From Magallana gigas (Eukaryota), in NCBI RefSeq assembly GCF_963853765.1, contig NC_088856.1:28582001-28646000 (forward strand): 64,000 nt of DNA. The letters are read 5' to 3'. The notes under the pieces are model-generated. The model worked only from the letters and a program-made list of their open reading frames with translations, was not told the DNA's origin and did not search any database. This document shows, in pieces, positions 60,854 through 64,000 of the stretch (its first letter is position 1; every line of letters begins with the position of its first letter). A program made the position numbers and the translations under genes.

Positions 60854-62942
60854 TTACAATTCAAGATCAGTGCACAGCAACATCTGTTGCACTTGATCTT
60901 TTCGTTTTAGCCTTATTCTAGTTTTCCTCAAAAAGACAGGTTTTGAACAACTTTCAACAGATTCATATATGTGTGGTAAACATTTTTCATCATACAGTTT
61001 TCCTACGTATGGAGTGTATTTGCTATAATGATATCTGTTCTCTGTATATCTAAATGCAGTTGGTCCTACAGCTTTATTGACAGCATCAAAGAGGCATTGA
61101 TAAATCTGTATAAGATTTGAATTCTTTGATAGCATTTCATATATAAATTGATCAGGATCTTTTCTTTTATTTTCTTTGCAAAAGTTATATAAAAAGTTCC
61201 TGAAAATATGTGTGGTATGTATGGACCTGGAAAGGGGTCCAGAAAAAGAGAATTCAAATGCATAGTAGCCATAATGCAAGTCTGAAACTGTGCAAAGCCA
61301 TGGATTAAACCACAGTCTACTCGAGATGTTCTAGACTTTTTATATTTACTAAGTTTTTCATTGACCGTTTTTAAAGTTTTGGCTTTTATGCCAAATAGTG
61401 CAGCTTCTATCAAATTTTTCTCACACCCGATTGAAGCAGGGTACATAAGAGCCCACTTTACTTTTAGCATTATCAAACAAACCAGGACACTTTGCATATG
61501 GGAAATCGTTACCTTTCGCTGGGAATTCCTAATCCAAAATATAACTATTCCCAGATTTAGTTCAAGATCTGGTGTCATATGATCAATGTTAAAACAAGGT
61601 ATATCTAAAATCATGCGAAGTAGATTTTTTTTCTCATTTCGCGAGAGGTCTGGAATATCTGATAGTTTAATCGATTTGCCAGAATAGGTCTCAGGTTTTA
61701 CAGGGTTTATACCCTGACTAATAATTATATCTCCTCTTCTGTCAAACTCCTCAACAACACTTTTCATGTTTGATGCTATTCCCCAGGCTCCATTTGTCTC
61801 GAAATCGGCACTGTCCTCAGAGAGCAGTATTCCATATATATATTTTCTTAGGTTTACGCTAGATTGATAAGAGGAAGCTAATGAGTTTGGATCTTCCACC
61901 TGAGGACTTAAAAACTTTCTGTGTAATGTAATAATGTCCAAACAATTTGGAGATATCAACCCTTTTCTGTGATGAGAAAGATACCACATGGGAATCGCGG
62001 ATTCATTAACAAATCTTATTTGATTTTCACCTATCTGTTCTTTTCCCATGAAGTATGCATATAGAGAAGATTCAGTTTCTGGTACATTTGCTTGAAATGT
62101 TTCAATAATTATGCCTTCACTATATGATTTCAACCCTTGTAACCAAAGAAGAACTTTGAGAGTCCTCTTGTCACCAGGTGATTTCCAATCCTGCGTTTCA
62201 CATTCATTTGACTGGATTGAATCATTGAAAGATTTAAACACATCTTTGTCGATATAATCATTTCCAAGGAGGGCAGCTAACAATGGAAGAACTTCTTTCC
62301 CCAAAGACGGAAAGAAATTATCAACATGATAGAGTCTGGCACGAAGAAAATGTTCCACGCTGTTATTCTCCCCTTTAATTTCTTGTAAATTGAAAATTAC
62401 TTTGTCAAAACTAATAAATCCGCCCGTTAATGGAAAAATAAAGAAATCACTATCGTTTGATAGGACAGGACAGTTCAACGTATTTGCAAGCATTGCAATT
62501 TCTTTGTCAGCCTCGAAATCACACACTGCAAATGGTATGCTCAGTTTCTTTAAAACTGCTTTAAAAGTATCAAATGCAAGGATTGGCATAACTCTTTTCT
62601 TGCATCGAATTCCACTAGCAATTCGCTTGGCGTTTTCAAGTCTCTGCTTCATTCTCTTTTGTATTGTTTGAAATTTCAGGTAATTTGGATCATTACTATA
62701 GTACCACCATCAAACACAACATAAAGCTCGATGTTGCAGGAGTGAAGGAGGCTAAAGAATTCTGTGATTTTTATGGCATATTGATCATAATCCCCTCCAT
62801 GATAGAAATCCAAATGGGTATAATCAAAAATGAAATGATACAGGCTATTGCCATCTATAACAAGCCTTGTTGAATGCAGCGAAAATTCCTTCGTAAGTTG
62901 TGGATTGCAATTAACGAAGGTTGTAAGTCCTGGAATTCCCAT
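60854..62942 (-). pseudogene. ASTE1: Asteroid homolog 1-like, copy 3, disrupted
   Basis: MGIPGLTTF start with the same acidic motifs. An 8-nt insertion ACTATAGT at 62695-62702 follows FDGG, and a 1-nt deletion lies in the T-run at 61191-61195 (SGTF|LYN). There is also an in-frame loss of ~19 codons near 62110 relative to copy 2. The three track ORFs join into one asteroid-length reading frame. Confidence 0.9.
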
Positions 62943-64000
62943 GTTTCACTGTGATGTTGTTGTTGTTCTATGTTTCTGTCATATGAATACTTGTTGAAGA
63001 ATCAGGGAATGAAAGGCCTCACTGAAAGTTACGATGACAAATCAATAAATATAAAGTAATTATGAATATTTAATTTTATGTCGTTTTTGGCGAGCAGCGC
63101 AATGTACACATTATGTTCAAACATTAAAGTTTACCTTAAATCAGAACTGCATTCTTAACAATTCACAATTTAAATGGTATTTCAGTCTTACTTACGCCTT
63201 ATGATAGAAAATATTTCTCCTGTTTTCTATGGCTATCTTATAAATTATCTGATTATCAGCTTCATTGACAACGTATTTCATGTTTATATCATGCATACAT
63301 GTTTTTTTGCTTGTTTATACTCCTGGTCATTCAAAAAATCAATATTATCGTCAAAACAAATAAACTATGCAATTAATGATTGTTTGATAATATTTTAAAA
63401 CTAAAGAAATACATTACCTGATCGATGAGTCGAGACTAAAATTCTCGTTGGTTGTTGACAAAACAGTCTTAAGCATTGAATGATGATCAATATGTTACAA
63501 AAATTATTCCAATACAAAGCTGGAAACTTTCCAGTGAACATTTTTTGTTGCATCGACAGCAACAACCAAACAATCAACCTTCTAAAATAAATGTTTCCTT
63601 TGAAAACTTGTCTCAAAAAGAATATATTTATAAGCATGCCAGGTCTATCGATTTTTTTCATTTCCTACCTATTTCAAAAATTTATATTCTTTGAAAACGT
63701 TAATATACAGAATTGTAATTTTATTTTAGATCACTTATATCTAAAGGAGTTTCGCAAGTTCACTTTATCATGAAAAAAAGCAATTTTGTTTTATTTTCAA
63801 TTTGTTGAATTTAAAAAGAAATTAAATATTTTTGGTTTAGAACCCAATATTTATAGAATACATTCAAAAATGCGGATTATAAAATCAGTGATTAATCACA
63901 TAAATTTGAAATAACCATAAAGGAGACCGTAGCTTAGTGGTCAAGAAATTAGCAATCAGATCTGAATTTAAAAAAAAATTCAATTATAATATTTTTTGCC

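Noticed and set aside
60854-62942. Programmed frameshifting producing full-length ASTE1 copy 3
   Set aside because: It would need two independent shifts, one caused by an 8-nt insertion. No paralog shares a slippery site.
63925-63960. tRNA/SINE A-box GTAGCTTAGTGGTC
   Set aside because: No B-box follows, and the segment is too short to support a call.

Overview
AT-rich animal genomic DNA with four N-gaps. It is most likely Pacific oyster (Crassostrea/Magallana gigas) or a close relative, inferred from a Cg170/HindIII-type ~168-bp satellite inside a Helentron-like element and bivalve-type RING-less B-box/NHL genes. No rRNA, tRNA gene or CRISPR array is present. All recognisable host genes lie on the minus strand. 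(1) Three asteroid/ASTE1-like FEN1/XPG-family PIN nuclease paralogs with uninterrupted coding regions: 10231-12201 is an open ORF, while 2611-4693 and 60854-62942 are disrupted. (2) A complete five-exon secreted apextrin/ApeC-domain gene (19742-25160) that the ORF track misses. (3) A five-exon NAPE-PLD gene (29144-31111) with an orphan copy of its last exon at 19170-19250. (4) A tandem array of three B-box/B-box/coiled-coil/NHL (TRIM-like) genes, two open and one pseudogene. (5) A decayed spliced SWIM+YqaJ gene, probably from an ISL2EU-type DNA transposon. Intergenic and intronic DNA is dense with MITEs, Helentron-like elements, long-hairpin elements and microsatellites. Most notable: the co-oriented, birth-and-death cluster of nuclease, TRIM-like and ApeC genes; strongly over-represented TACATGTA with TA-to-TACATGTA empty/filled paralog pairs (Tc1/mariner-type footprints); hairpin elements sharing a GCGAAGC-type apex; and a triple-nested insertion bounded by a palindromic direct repeat. 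All alignments and identities were done by eye and no database searches were run.
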